64,000 nt of DNA from Planctomycetota bacterium (GTDB lineage: Bacteria; Planctomycetota; UBA8108; SXIK01), in assembly GCA_965223845.1 (NCBI GenBank), contig CBDCXR010000004.1:6496001-6560000 (forward strand), read 5' to 3'. Of this stretch, positions 9,540 to 20,615 are shown in pieces (positions within the stretch are counted from its first letter, which is position 1; the number at the start of each line of letters is the position of its first letter). A program made the translations under genes and the position numbers. The notes under the pieces were generated by a model that saw only the letters and a program-made list of their open reading frames with translations, was not told the DNA's origin and searched no databases.

Positions 9540-11047
9540 GTGCGCGCGCTCGTCAGTGGGGTCCGCGCCGGGCCGTAGCCGCGATTTGTCTTCTCGGATC
9601 GAGTTGCGGTGTGACCGAGATTACGGAGAGGACATTGGAACCGGTGGAGATCCCCGTCCCCGATCAGGTCCCGGTGCGAGCCGAGCTGCCGACGCCGACT
9701 GAGACGGTCCTTTCAAACGGACTCATCGTTTGGCACGTCCCCGGACCGCGAACTCCGCTCTCCGCGATGCGGATCCTCGTGTTCGCCGGATCCTCGACGG
9801 ACCGTACGTCGTTCGGACGAGCCTACGCGGCGGCGACGATGCTCGACGAGGGCGCAGCGACGCCTGCGGGTGGGTTTCGGGGACCTCTCGAGCTCGCCGA
9901 GCGGCTCGACGATTTGGGCGCCAGTCTCGACATCTCGACCGGAAGGGACGAGGTCGCGATCGATCTCGAGGTTCTCGAATCGCATCTGGATGCGGCGCTC
10001 GCCATCGCGGCCGACTGCGTTCTCCGGCCGGCGTTTCGCTCCGAGGACTGGCAGCGGACGCACGCGCTCTGGCTCGGCGAGCTCCGTTCGCGGGGCGACG
10101 ATCCCCGCCGCGTCGCCGGCGTTGTCGGGACGCGCGCGTTCTACCGGGACGGACATCCCTATGCGCATCCGCCCTCCGGCTATCTCGCGAGTGCGGAGGC
10201 GCTCTCGCTCACCGACGCGAAGGAGCTCTACCGCTCGCACTACGTGGTGTCGAATGCGATCGCGATCGTTACGGGAGGCCCGGAGCCTGCCGCGTGGACG
10301 GCGCTCCTCGAGAAGCACTTCGGCGCGTGGCGGGATGGCGATCCCGTACTCGCCCCGCCCGCGACGACGTCCGGTGGAAACGGGTTTTCGCTCCGTCTCG
10401 TCGGAGTCGATGTTCCGGACGCTCCGCAGACCGTGATCCGGATCGCGCTTCCGGCGCCCTCGGGCCTCGATACGGAAGTGTCACCGCTTCACCTCGCGAC
10501 GCTCGCGCTCGGCGGAACGTTCACGAGTCGACTCTCGATGAACCTCCGCGAGGAGAACAAGTTCACCTACGGCGCGCGCGCGACGCTGGGGCGCTCGCGA
10601 CTTCCTGGCGCGATCGTGCTCGAGTCTGCTGTTCACGCTGAGAAGACGGGGCCGGCGCTCGTCGAGTTTCTCCGTGAGATCGCGGCGATCGGCTCGAGCG
10701 ATCTCATCGCGGAGGAGTGGGACGGAGTGCGAGCGACGTATTCGACGCGCCTCACCACCGCACGCGAGACCGTTCGAGGGCGCCTCGGCCTCTACACGCT
10801 CGGCGCCGTGCTCGGAGGTGGGCCGTCGTTTGCACCCGCCTTTGCGGCGCGAACCGCGGCGAGTGAGCTTCGCGACGGAATGCTCGTGTCGTCCGCTCGC
10901 TATCGATCCGACCGGGCGACGATCCTTCTCGTCGGGGATCGGGCGACGATCGAAGCCGCGCTCGAGGGTGTTTCTCGTACGGAGAGCCTCGGCGTGGAAC
11001 TTCCACCGATCCTCTTCTGCGATCGCGAGGGCGCACCCGTCGAGTGA
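9536..11047 (+). CDS. M16B peptidase, non-catalytic subunit (lipoprotein-like)
   Basis: GTGA overlap with the previous gene; LSNGL; lacks HxxEH; LGGTFTSRL..NLREE..FTYG (R/Y pair). Confidence 0.87.
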   Translation: MSARARQWGPRRAVAAICLLGSSCGVTEITERTLEPVEIPVPDQVPVRAELPTPTETVLSNGLIVWHVPGPRTPLSAMRILVFAGSSTDRTSFGRAYAAATMLDEGAATPAGGFRGPLELAERLDDLGASLDISTGRDEVAIDLEVLESHLDAALAIAADCVLRPAFRSEDWQRTHALWLGELRSRGDDPRRVAGVVGTRAFYRDGHPYAHPPSGYLASAEALSLTDAKELYRSHYVVSNAIAIVTGGPEPAAWTALLEKHFGAWRDGDPVLAPPATTSGGNGFSLRLVGVDVPDAPQTVIRIALPAPSGLDTEVSPLHLATLALGGTFTSRLSMNLREENKFTYGARATLGRSRLPGAIVLESAVHAEKTGPALVEFLREIAAIGSSDLIAEEWDGVRATYSTRLTTARETVRGRLGLYTLGAVLGGGPSFAPAFAARTAASELRDGMLVSSARYRSDRATILLVGDRATIEAALEGVSRTESLGVELPPILFCDREGAPVE

Positions 11048-11083
11048 CCGCGCGCGGATCCATCTCGGGGCGCGGGCGCCCGG

Positions 11084-11266
11084 CTAGACGATTCGCCGGC
11101 GCCGGATGCCCTTGCCCGGCAAGTCTTCCGGCGGGATCCGCCGGCGCTTCCCCGGGCGCGGGGTGATCTCGAGCGAATCTCGCGAGTCGCCGGGAGGACC
11201 CGGGGGCTCGAACGCTTCCGGAGTCACGTTCGTGGTCGGTGGAGGAGCGATGGTCGCTTCGGTCAT
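11084..11266 (-). CDS. Small Pro/Arg-rich hypothetical peptide (60 aa)
   Basis: ATG overlaps the TGA of the upstream lipoprotein gene (ATGA coupling at 11263-11266). Confidence 0.4.
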   Translation of the reverse strand: MTEATIAPPPTTNVTPEAFEPPGPPGDSRDSLEITPRPGKRRRIPPEDLPGKGIRRRRIV

Positions 11267-11895
11267 CGGGACGCGTTATGGGATTGGCCGGAACGAAGTC
11301 TCGAATCAACTCTACGATGCTGAGGAGACATCGTCGAACGCGCCGGCGAACGCCGCGCGGCGTGGAGATCGGGGCGCGCAACCTTCATGCGATACGGCCG
11401 CGACGTGAACTGATCGTTCACCACGGCGACGACGTCGTAGTCCCCGGGAGCGAGGAGTGCGAGGGGGAATTCGCCGCTTCCGTTCGGAAGATTCGACGGC
11501 GAGATCTTCTGCCCGCGAAGGAGCGGGACGGCCGATCCTTCCTCGGGAACGACGGGCAGTGTGAGTCGCCGATCCGGGCGGATCCGCGGCGGGTCGATCC
11601 GGCCGGCCGTGCCGTCGCGGTACCGCCACGTCTGCCGGAGCGCGATGTCTTCGGGTGGGGTGTCCGTTTTTGTTACGCGCAGCTCGACGCGCAGCTCATC
11701 GAAGACGATCTCATTCGGCGAGCGATTGAAAACGTCGACGAAGAACTTCAAGCGGCGACCGGGAACGACGACGCTCGCGTTTCCGTCGAGGTGGACCTCG
11801 AGCGCGTCGGGCGCTTCGATCTCGCTCATGGGGACCGCGCCGCAGCTCGCGAGGAAGGCTGACGCCGCGCAAGCGAGAGTCAGTGATCGGGTCAC
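11263..11895 (-). CDS. Hypothetical lipoprotein with a beta-sandwich-like domain
   Basis: GTG start, signal ending AFLASC; alternating beta-strand pattern; LLAPGDYDVVAVV. Confidence 0.65.
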   Translation of the reverse strand: MTRSLTLACAASAFLASCGAVPMSEIEAPDALEVHLDGNASVVVPGRRLKFFVDVFNRSPNEIVFDELRVELRVTKTDTPPEDIALRQTWRYRDGTAGRIDPPRIRPDRRLTLPVVPEEGSAVPLLRGQKISPSNLPNGSGEFPLALLAPGDYDVVAVVNDQFTSRPYRMKVARPDLHAARRSPARSTMSPQHRRVDSRLRSGQSHNASR

Positions 11896-12150
11896 GAAAG
11901 AGCCTCCACGTTCCATCGAAGAGATTCACCGAGTCGGTCTTTGCCGCCGCCGCGTGCGAAGGCAGCGCGTCCTCTTCTCCTTTCGGCGCGATGGCCCGAA
12001 AACCTGAACTCCTCGCGGTTCTCGGGGCTGAAGATGGCCGCCGTGCGGACGGCCCCCGGAATCGGGCTTGGGGCGGACTGTGCGTAGGTGAGACAATTCC
12101 TCGGGCCGCCTCCCACCGACTCCGCTCCACCACCAGCGAGGTTCACTCCG

Positions 12151-13095
12151 ATGCCCGAGATACCCCGGCGCCGCTTTCTTCGCACCGGATCGGCCCTGAG
12201 CGCAGCCGCCTTGGGCGCGGCGCTTCCTCGCGTCGCCGCCGCGCCGCGCTCGTCTGGGCTGGGTTTCGATTCCGACGCCCGCGGTGGACCGCGGGCCGTC
12301 GAGCACCGGCGCCGGAGCCCGAAATTCCTTCTCAGTCTCGCGGCGTACTCGTTTCGCCGGGAGCTCAGCGCGGGGGAGATGTCGCTCGAAGACTTCGTCG
12401 ACTACTGCGCCGAGCACGATCTCGAGGGCACGGAGCTGACGTCCTACTACTTCAAGGACACGAGCCCCGGGTTTCTCACGCGTCTCCGCCATCGCGCGTA
12501 TGTGAACGGCCTCACGATCAGCGGCACTCCGGTCGGAAACAACTTTTGCCATCCGGTCGGTCCCGAGCGTGCGAAGCAGGTCGCGCACGTCGAGAAGTGG
12601 ATCGATCACGTCGTGACGCTCGGATCCCAGACGATTCGCGTGTTTGCGGGGAACGCTCCGAAAGGGGTCGAGACCGAGACGGCGCGCGCGTGGGCGGTCG
12701 AATGCTTGAAGGAAGTCTCGGCCTACGCCGGCGAGCGCGGGGTGATTCTGGCGCTCGAAAACCATGGCGGGATCACGGCGCGCGCCGATGAGTTGATCGC
12801 CATCGTCGAGGCCGTCGACTCACCGTGGCTCGGCGTGAACCTCGACGGCGGCAACTTTCGCACCGATCCCTACGGTGACCTCGAGAAGGCCGCCCCGTAC
12901 GCGGTCAGCGTGCAGGTGAAAGTCGAAGTGCGCTCGCCCGACGGCAAGAGTGTTCCGGCGGATCTCGCTCGAGTCGCGGGGATTCTGCGCCGCGCGAACT
13001 ACCGCGGTTTCGTCGCGCTCGAGTACGAAGCGCGCGAGCCGGTGCGGGACGCCGTTCCGCGCTACCTTCGAGCGTTGCGCGACGCTCTATCTTAG
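12151..13095 (+). CDS. Tat-exported sugar phosphate isomerase/epimerase (xylose isomerase-like TIM barrel)
   Basis: PRRRFL Tat motif; LAAYSFR; IRVFAG; LALENHGG; VNLDGGNF; VALEYE. Confidence 0.92.
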   Translation: MPEIPRRRFLRTGSALSAAALGAALPRVAAAPRSSGLGFDSDARGGPRAVEHRRRSPKFLLSLAAYSFRRELSAGEMSLEDFVDYCAEHDLEGTELTSYYFKDTSPGFLTRLRHRAYVNGLTISGTPVGNNFCHPVGPERAKQVAHVEKWIDHVVTLGSQTIRVFAGNAPKGVETETARAWAVECLKEVSAYAGERGVILALENHGGITARADELIAIVEAVDSPWLGVNLDGGNFRTDPYGDLEKAAPYAVSVQVKVEVRSPDGKSVPADLARVAGILRRANYRGFVALEYEAREPVRDAVPRYLRALRDALS

Positions 13096-13123
13096 GCGCG
13101 GTCGACGGCTAGAAAGAAATCGA

Positions 13124-13254
13124 ACACGAAGGGATCGAGGGGCTTCGCCGCGCGATCGCTCGCGACGCTCTCACACCTCGAGCTCAGGCTCTCTCGATTT
13201 CCTCTCTTCTTCGTCTTTCTTCGCGTCCCCTTCGCGCTCTTCGTGTGAACTCTC
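13124..13254. repeat. Degenerate REP-like palindromic element, copy 2
   Basis: 13204-13254 (ctcttcttcgtctttcttcgcgtccccttcgcgctcttcgtgtgaactctc) closely matches 57494-57544. A decayed left arm acacgaagggatcgagggg starts at 13124. It lies at a convergent gene junction. Confidence 0.75.
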
Positions 13255-14640
13255 TTCGAGAGCTGCGCGACGAGTCAGCTCGGCGACGATCGGGTGTAGA
13301 GCGGCGAACGTGCGCGCGCTCGCTCCGACGTTGCGTGCGACGGTCGCCCTCGCGCGCGCGCCCATCCCCTGGGCCTTGTCCGGATTCGATCGAAGATCGC
13401 GGAGCCGCGCGAGCAGCTCGTTTCGATCCTGAACGACGAGCATCGCTCGGTCGGCGAGGAACGAAGAGACGATCTGGCGAAAACTCCCGTAGTGGGGACC
13501 GATGAGAACCGGACAGCCGTGCCGCGCCGGCTCGATGACGTTGTGGCCGCCGAACGGGATGAGCGAGCCGCCGACGAAGACGACGTCCCCGCTCCCGGCG
13601 ATGCGCGGGAGATCGCCGACGGTGTCGACGAGAAGAACCTCGTCAGCCGCGAGCGACAACGGCTGAAAGCTCGCGCTCGCGTGACCGTTGAGCGGTGCAG
13701 CCGGCGCTCCCGGGGGAGAGTCGAGCACCGTTCCGTTCGTTCTCGATTGCCGGATCGCGCGATTCGAGCGCGCGAGCTTGCTCCAGAGAACCGGTCGGAG
13801 GCCGCGACGCCGGATCGCGCGGCTGATTTCGCTCGTTCGATCCGTTCGACGCGGCGCGAGAACCAGGCGGGCGCGCGAATCTTCCTCGCGGAGCTTGCAG
13901 AAGGATTCGATCACGATGTCCTCTTCGCCGTGGTGCGTGCTTCCCGCGACGAAGGTCCAGTTCTCCGGGGAGAGGCCGAGCTCGCGACGCGTGCACACGC
14001 CCGCGGCGGACGAGCTATCGAATTTGAGATTCCCCGTGACCGTCACGCGCTCGCGCTCGACGCCGAGCTCCTCGAATCCTCGTGCGCTCGTCTCGTCTTC
14101 GGCGCAGATGTGGACGACGCTTCGCGGTGGCCAGCGGAAGATCCGCGAGAGCCAACGATAACCTTGACGCGACCGCTCGGAGAGGCGCGCATTGACGAGC
14201 ACGACCGGGACGCCGCGCGATCCGGCGAGGCGAAGAAAGTTCGGCCAGAGCTCGTGCTCGACGATGACGACCAGATTCGGCCGAATTCGGCGAAACGCGC
14301 GGCGAACGAGGAAGCTGAAGTCGAAGGGATACGAGATCACGCGGTGGTGGGGGTAGTGCCGGCGCGCCGCGGCGAGTCCGGCGCGGGTCGTCGTCGAGAG
14401 CACGATCTCCCAGTCGGGGAACTCGGATTCGAGCTGAGCGAGGATGCCGCGTGCGCTGAGGATCTCGCCGACGGAGACGCCGTGGATCCAAACGCACGGC
14501 CGGTCGCTCGAGCGTCGCTCGACGCGTCCCGTGCGTCGCCGCCAGTGATCGATGACGCGACCGCCGCGTCGAGTCACGACGAGATAAGGGAGCGCGAAGA
14601 CCAGTGCGGTGAGGTAGACCGCGTCGACCAACCAGGGCAC
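13171..14640 (-). CDS. waaA: 3-deoxy-D-manno-octulosonic acid (Kdo) transferase
   Basis: VWIHGVSVGE, STTT..G, PFD, EHELWPN, VNARLSERS, TGNLKFD, AGSTH.GEE, LAPRR, FVGGSL..GGHNVIEP. Start uncertain: GTG at 14640, ORF open to 14841. Confidence 0.93.
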   Translation of the reverse strand: MPWLVDAVYLTALVFALPYLVVTRRGGRVIDHWRRRTGRVERRSSDRPCVWIHGVSVGEILSARGILAQLESEFPDWEIVLSTTTRAGLAAARRHYPHHRVISYPFDFSFLVRRAFRRIRPNLVVIVEHELWPNFLRLAGSRGVPVVLVNARLSERSRQGYRWLSRIFRWPPRSVVHICAEDETSARGFEELGVERERVTVTGNLKFDSSSAAGVCTRRELGLSPENWTFVAGSTHHGEEDIVIESFCKLREEDSRARLVLAPRRTDRTSEISRAIRRRGLRPVLWSKLARSNRAIRQSRTNGTVLDSPPGAPAAPLNGHASASFQPLSLAADEVLLVDTVGDLPRIAGSGDVVFVGGSLIPFGGHNVIEPARHGCPVLIGPHYGSFRQIVSSFLADRAMLVVQDRNELLARLRDLRSNPDKAQGMGARARATVARNVGASARTFAALHPIVAELTRRAALEESSHEEREGDAKKDEEERKSREPELEV

Positions 14641-15181
14641 GACGTCCCACCGACCCCTCCGAGTTTCGAGGGGCGCGAGCGCTCGCCCTGCGTCGATCCC
14701 GGGCGAGGGACTCCCACCGGGATGGGCGGAAACCAACGCTCCCTCCTCTGTTCTCCACGCCGGCTCACGATTCGGGTGGATCGCCCGATCGCCGCACCGT
14801 GAGCGTTCACTCGAGACCGCGGGATCACATTGCCCGCGCACACCTTCACCTGCTCGGGGGATCGCCGACCTCTAGGTCGCGGCCCGGTCGCGCTATCGTC
14901 CGGCCGCGACCGCTCGGGTCTCTTGCTGCCGCCGAGACGGAAGAATAACATAACCCGGTCGTTCACTTCTTCTTGGAAACACGAAACCGAAACGCGCGCC
15001 GCATCGCCGGGCGTTCGCCAGCGCGGATCGAAGGCGCCGGAGGGGCCATCGCCCTCGGTGACTCGACGCCGACCGGGCTCGCCGGAGCCGCCTGGCGTCG
15101 GAGCGCTCGCGCGTTGGGACTCGGATCTGTCGGCTCGCGCCTCGATGCCGCTCGGCCGATGAGCTCGCGAGGCCCTCTGTT

Positions 15182-16063
15182 TTGACCAGTCGAGCTTCTC
15201 CGGTAGAGCGGATTCGATCCGGCGGCCTCCGGTGCGCGTACGTGCCGCCGGTGACCCGGGACGTCGCGTCGACGTGGATGGCCTCGTACTCGCGCTGGTT
15301 CGAGGAGATCGCCGGGATCCCCGAGGAGCTTCGCGGGACTCGCGGCGGGCGGGCGTGCGTTCTGCCGGCCGGAGAGGCGGTGTTCGCGAAGCGACGCGAC
15401 GAACCTCGCGCGCGAACTCTCGTCTACGCGCTTCTCGGTCGCCCGGCGCGGTCGGCGCGGTCGTTTCGACTCGGGCTCGCGCTCGCAGCCGCCGGCGTAC
15501 CCACCGCTCGACCGCTCGCGCTCATCGAGCGGCGCGAGCGTGGAGAAAAGTGGGAGAGTGTGCTCGTGCTCGAACGATTGCGCGGCACGACGCTGCGCGA
15601 CGTGCTTCTCGGCGCACCGACCGGCGAGGGTGACGAAGCGGCGAGCGACGCGGAGCGGCGAGAGATTCGCCGGGCGGCGGCCGAGGCCATCGCTCGCTTT
15701 CATCGCGCGGGGTTTCGCCAGCGCGATCTCAAAGCCGCGAATCTCCTCGTCACGCCTTCCGGCGAGGAGGGCGGTCGCGTGCGACTCGTCGACTTCGAAG
15801 GAATGACGCAACTGCGCGCGCCTCCGATCGAACGGGTGCGGCGCCGGGACCTCGCCCGTCTCGGCGTGAGCTTTCGCGCGAGCGACGTACGCGACGCGGG
15901 AACGAGCGAGAACGATTGGCGCGAGCTCATCGTCGACTATCTGACTGCGTACGCCGGCGAAGCACCGCACGAAACGGCCGTTCGCGCGTGGCTCGACGGT
16001 AGCGAGCGTTGGGCCGAGCGGAAGATCCGCCGCAACCTTCGCCGGCGGCGACCGATCACGTAA
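15182..16063 (+). CDS. Lipopolysaccharide kinase (Kdo/WaaP/InaA family)
   Basis: VFAKR, AGVPTARPLA, IARFHRAGFRQRDLKAANLLV, LVDFEG, RRRDLARL; divergent from waaA. Confidence 0.85.
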   Translation: MTSRASPVERIRSGGLRCAYVPPVTRDVASTWMASYSRWFEEIAGIPEELRGTRGGRACVLPAGEAVFAKRRDEPRARTLVYALLGRPARSARSFRLGLALAAAGVPTARPLALIERRERGEKWESVLVLERLRGTTLRDVLLGAPTGEGDEAASDAERREIRRAAAEAIARFHRAGFRQRDLKAANLLVTPSGEEGGRVRLVDFEGMTQLRAPPIERVRRRDLARLGVSFRASDVRDAGTSENDWRELIVDYLTAYAGEAPHETAVRAWLDGSERWAERKIRRNLRRRRPIT

Positions 16064-16123
16064 CGCGAGCGCTGCGGTTCGCGTCACGAGGTCACCGCAC
16101 GATGCGGATCGAGTCCGGCGAGA

Positions 16124-16594
16124 TCAAAAAATGAGCTTCGCGGCCACCGCGACGACGACTCCCGCCGCCACGCCGCAGAGGAGAACGGCAATCCACGATC
16201 GCCACGGCGCCGCGTCGGGGCTCTGCGCCGCGAGCTCGGGCGGCTCGACGAGCTTCTCGAAGTTGAGTCGCGTCTCCCACGCGTCGAGCACATCGGCGCC
16301 CGGCGCGTCGTCCATCGCGAACACGAAGCACGTGTTCCCCGAGCGCACGCGGTCTCCCGTCGCGAGAGGAGCGTCGTGAACCGGCGCGCCGTTGAGAAGG
16401 AGAGGCTTCTTTCCAGTCAACTCGACGAGTCGGTAACCCTCGTCGTTGGCGCGCACTTCGAAATCGCGCGCGCCGAGAGACGAATCCGAAACGAGGACGT
16501 CGGCCGCCGTCGACGAACCGACCGTGAACGAGGACGACATCGTGAGCGACCAAGAGGTGCGTCGTTTCAGGTCGCGAAAGAGGAGAAAGGGCAT
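16124..16594 (-). CDS. FHA-like domain protein with C-terminal TM anchor
   Basis: FTVGS..ADV.VSD, LLLNG.PV..APL.TGDRVR.G pattern; C-terminal hydrophobic helix. Confidence 0.72.
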   Translation of the reverse strand: MPFLLFRDLKRRTSWSLTMSSSFTVGSSTAADVLVSDSSLGARDFEVRANDEGYRLVELTGKKPLLLNGAPVHDAPLATGDRVRSGNTCFVFAMDDAPGADVLDAWETRLNFEKLVEPPELAAQSPDAAPWRSWIAVLLCGVAAGVVVAVAAKLIF

Positions 16595-16600
16595 CGGGCC

Positions 16601-17212
16601 TCAGTTCGGCGGGTCGAGTGGGAGCGGCCGCGCGTCGCCGTCGGCGTTCGGAGCAGCGAGAATCCACGCGCGAAACGAAGCGTCCTCGAGGATCTCGAGC
16701 TTGAGGGAGTGAAGCGCGCTCGCGAGCTCGCCAGCGGACGGCGAGGAGTGGAACTCGCCCCGGTACTCGCCATCCCGGCTTTCGATCGCGGCCGCGACTC
16801 GGGCGGGACCCGCGCTCGGTGAGCTCGGCGGGACGACGTCCGTGACGCGGACGCGAAGGCTCGGGACGGTGGGTGCGCCGGAGGAGTCGCCGTTTTCGCT
16901 CGAAGCTCGAAACGCGGTCACTTCGAGCGTCGCGAGATCCGCGAGGAGCTCCCCGATCAGTCGGTCCGTCCACTCACGGAGGTCGAGACCGAGGTGGTGA
17001 GTTCCCTCCGCGCGAATCCACCGGACGTTCTCTTCTTCGTAGTCGTTCGCGAGGGCGATCGCACGCGCGGGCGGCGACGCGAGCGGGCTCACTTCGTCGA
17101 TCGCGATGGCGGGAGAGCTCGGCGGCGAGACGATGTGGTAGCAGCCGGCGACGGTGACGATGGCCGACGCGACGAGGGCACTCGACACGGCGGTGAAGCG
17201 GAATCTCGGCAA
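16601..17212 (-). CDS. Hypothetical lipoprotein
   Basis: TTG start 8 nt after GGAGG; signal ending VTVAGC; ends 6 nt before the FHA gene. Confidence 0.62.
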   Translation of the reverse strand: MPRFRFTAVSSALVASAIVTVAGCYHIVSPPSSPAIAIDEVSPLASPPARAIALANDYEEENVRWIRAEGTHHLGLDLREWTDRLIGELLADLATLEVTAFRASSENGDSSGAPTVPSLRVRVTDVVPPSSPSAGPARVAAAIESRDGEYRGEFHSSPSAGELASALHSLKLEILEDASFRAWILAAPNADGDARPLPLDPPN

Positions 17213-17450
17213 GGGATCGTCCTCCGCGCGGAACGATTCGGGACGCGACGGTCCGAAAATGATGCGCGAGAACGCGTCGCGATGGTACCGCGAACTGCGC
17301 GCTGCGATCACGCCGGTTGCGCGCTCTTCTGTTGCATGGCCCCGTCGAACCACCTATCGTGATTCGGTCGCGTCGCGAGCGCGCGAGGTCCGTCTCGAAC
17401 CGTGGTGCTTCCGGCCACAGCTTCCGCCGAACTTGCGAGTAGAGAAAGCC

Positions 17451-19163
<1,713 letters not shown>

Positions 19164-19267
19164 CGGCGACCAGAACGAGCGTGTCGCCAGAGACGCTTCG
19201 TTCGCGGGGTGAAACGAGCCTACGGCTCGCTCGTCGGCGTGAAGCCGTCGTTGCGCTTGCGCTGAGA

Positions 19268-20071
19268 CTACGACTGCAGCACGCGCTGCGCCGACTCGAG
19301 CCACGACTGGTCGCGACGCGGGTAGAGGTAGTTCATCGTCGGAAGGATGCGATCCGTCTCGAGTCGGCGATCAGCCGTGCTCAGGTGGTGAAACGCGTCC
19401 TTGATCTCTCCGAGCCGCTCTTCCGCGGCGGCGCGCATCGCCGGGGAGAAACCGTCGGGGCTGTGGGCCCGAGAGAGTAGCCGGTGTGCGGTCTTGATGT
19501 CCTCGGCGTCCGACTCCCGCGGAATGCCGAGGATCGCGTAGTAGTTCGGCGTGCTGTCGCGACCGACCTGAAGCGGCAGCGGATCCATCATGTACGCCTT
19601 GTAGTAGTAGAGCGTCACGATTTCTCCGAGGGCTCGCTTTCGCGCGGCGCTGAGCCTCTCGAGAAGCGCGAGGACGACGGACTTGCGCAAGTCGAGGAGG
19701 AGATTGACGACGTCGGATGCGTAGCTCGCCTCGAAGGCGTCGAGAATCTCCGGCGCCGGCGTCGACTCGAAGAGCGCTTCGAGCTCGTCCTGAGGGAGCT
19801 CGATCCACCGGCGGATGAACTTGTTCGTTTTTCTCTTAGGCGGCGCTGCGGCCGCCTTCTTCGCGGCGGGCTTCGTGGTGGACGTCTTCTTTGCGCTGGG
19901 CGTTTTGGTCGCCCGTTTTTCCGCAGTTTTCTTCTTCGTCGCGCTCGCCTTCGCGTCATCCGAGCTCGATTTCTTCGTGCTCGTCTTCTTTGCGGTCTTC
20001 GTGCTTGTCTTCTTGCCGCTCGCCTTCTTCGAGGCGCGCGCGGGCTTCGAATCGATCTTCTTCTTGACCAT
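19268..20071 (-). CDS. J-domain-like protein with Lys-rich (histone H1-like) N-terminus
   Basis: K/T/A/S-rich first ~80 aa; helical middle segment; NYYAILGI...IKTAHRLLSRAHSPD...IKDAFHHLS...R. Confidence 0.82.
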   Translation of the reverse strand: MVKKKIDSKPARASKKASGKKTSTKTAKKTSTKKSSSDDAKASATKKKTAEKRATKTPSAKKTSTTKPAAKKAAAAPPKRKTNKFIRRWIELPQDELEALFESTPAPEILDAFEASYASDVVNLLLDLRKSVVLALLERLSAARKRALGEIVTLYYYKAYMMDPLPLQVGRDSTPNYYAILGIPRESDAEDIKTAHRLLSRAHSPDGFSPAMRAAAEERLGEIKDAFHHLSTADRRLETDRILPTMNYLYPRRDQSWLESAQRVLQS

Positions 20072-20615
20072 GACCGCTGGGGACCGTTCGCGTGGGGCGG
20101 AAAAGCGCGGCCGCGGACGCGATCGTCCGGGCCGTTCGAGTTGAGTGCGCAGTTCGCGGGCGCGCACCGCTCCCGGCGGGCGCTGGGGCGACGATCGGAT
20201 TCGAGCCGTACGTTCGGCGCGATTCGAGTCGTCGCCCCGAGGCGACACGACGAACCGTCGAAACGACAGCGCGAGGATCAACCGCGAAACAGAACGCGGG
20301 AAGAGATCGCCTTGAGCACTCCCGGCGTCGGAAGTGGCGCGCGGACGCTTGCTCCCTGGGAGCTCGGGTCCGCACGCAGGTGTCGCCCGGCTCAACGATC
20401 GACGGGCGATTCGTCCGCCGCGATTCGATTGGGGGGCTTGCGCGATCTCCCGCGTATCGAGGAGAATAGATGCCTCATCTCACCCGAAAAGTCCACGGAA
20501 AACCTCGCGCTCGCGGCGAGCTCGATGTCACATCTCGTTTTCCAGTAAGGTTTTGGTTCCGGTCGAGCGATCGCTCGCGCAGACGGCGAGCGCCGGCCGA
20601 GGCGGGCCGCTTCGT

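Noticed and set aside
17213-17450. Glycine riboswitch upstream of the AGCS symporter
   Set aside because: No GGAGA / CCGAAG / CTCTCAGG aptamer motifs are visible.
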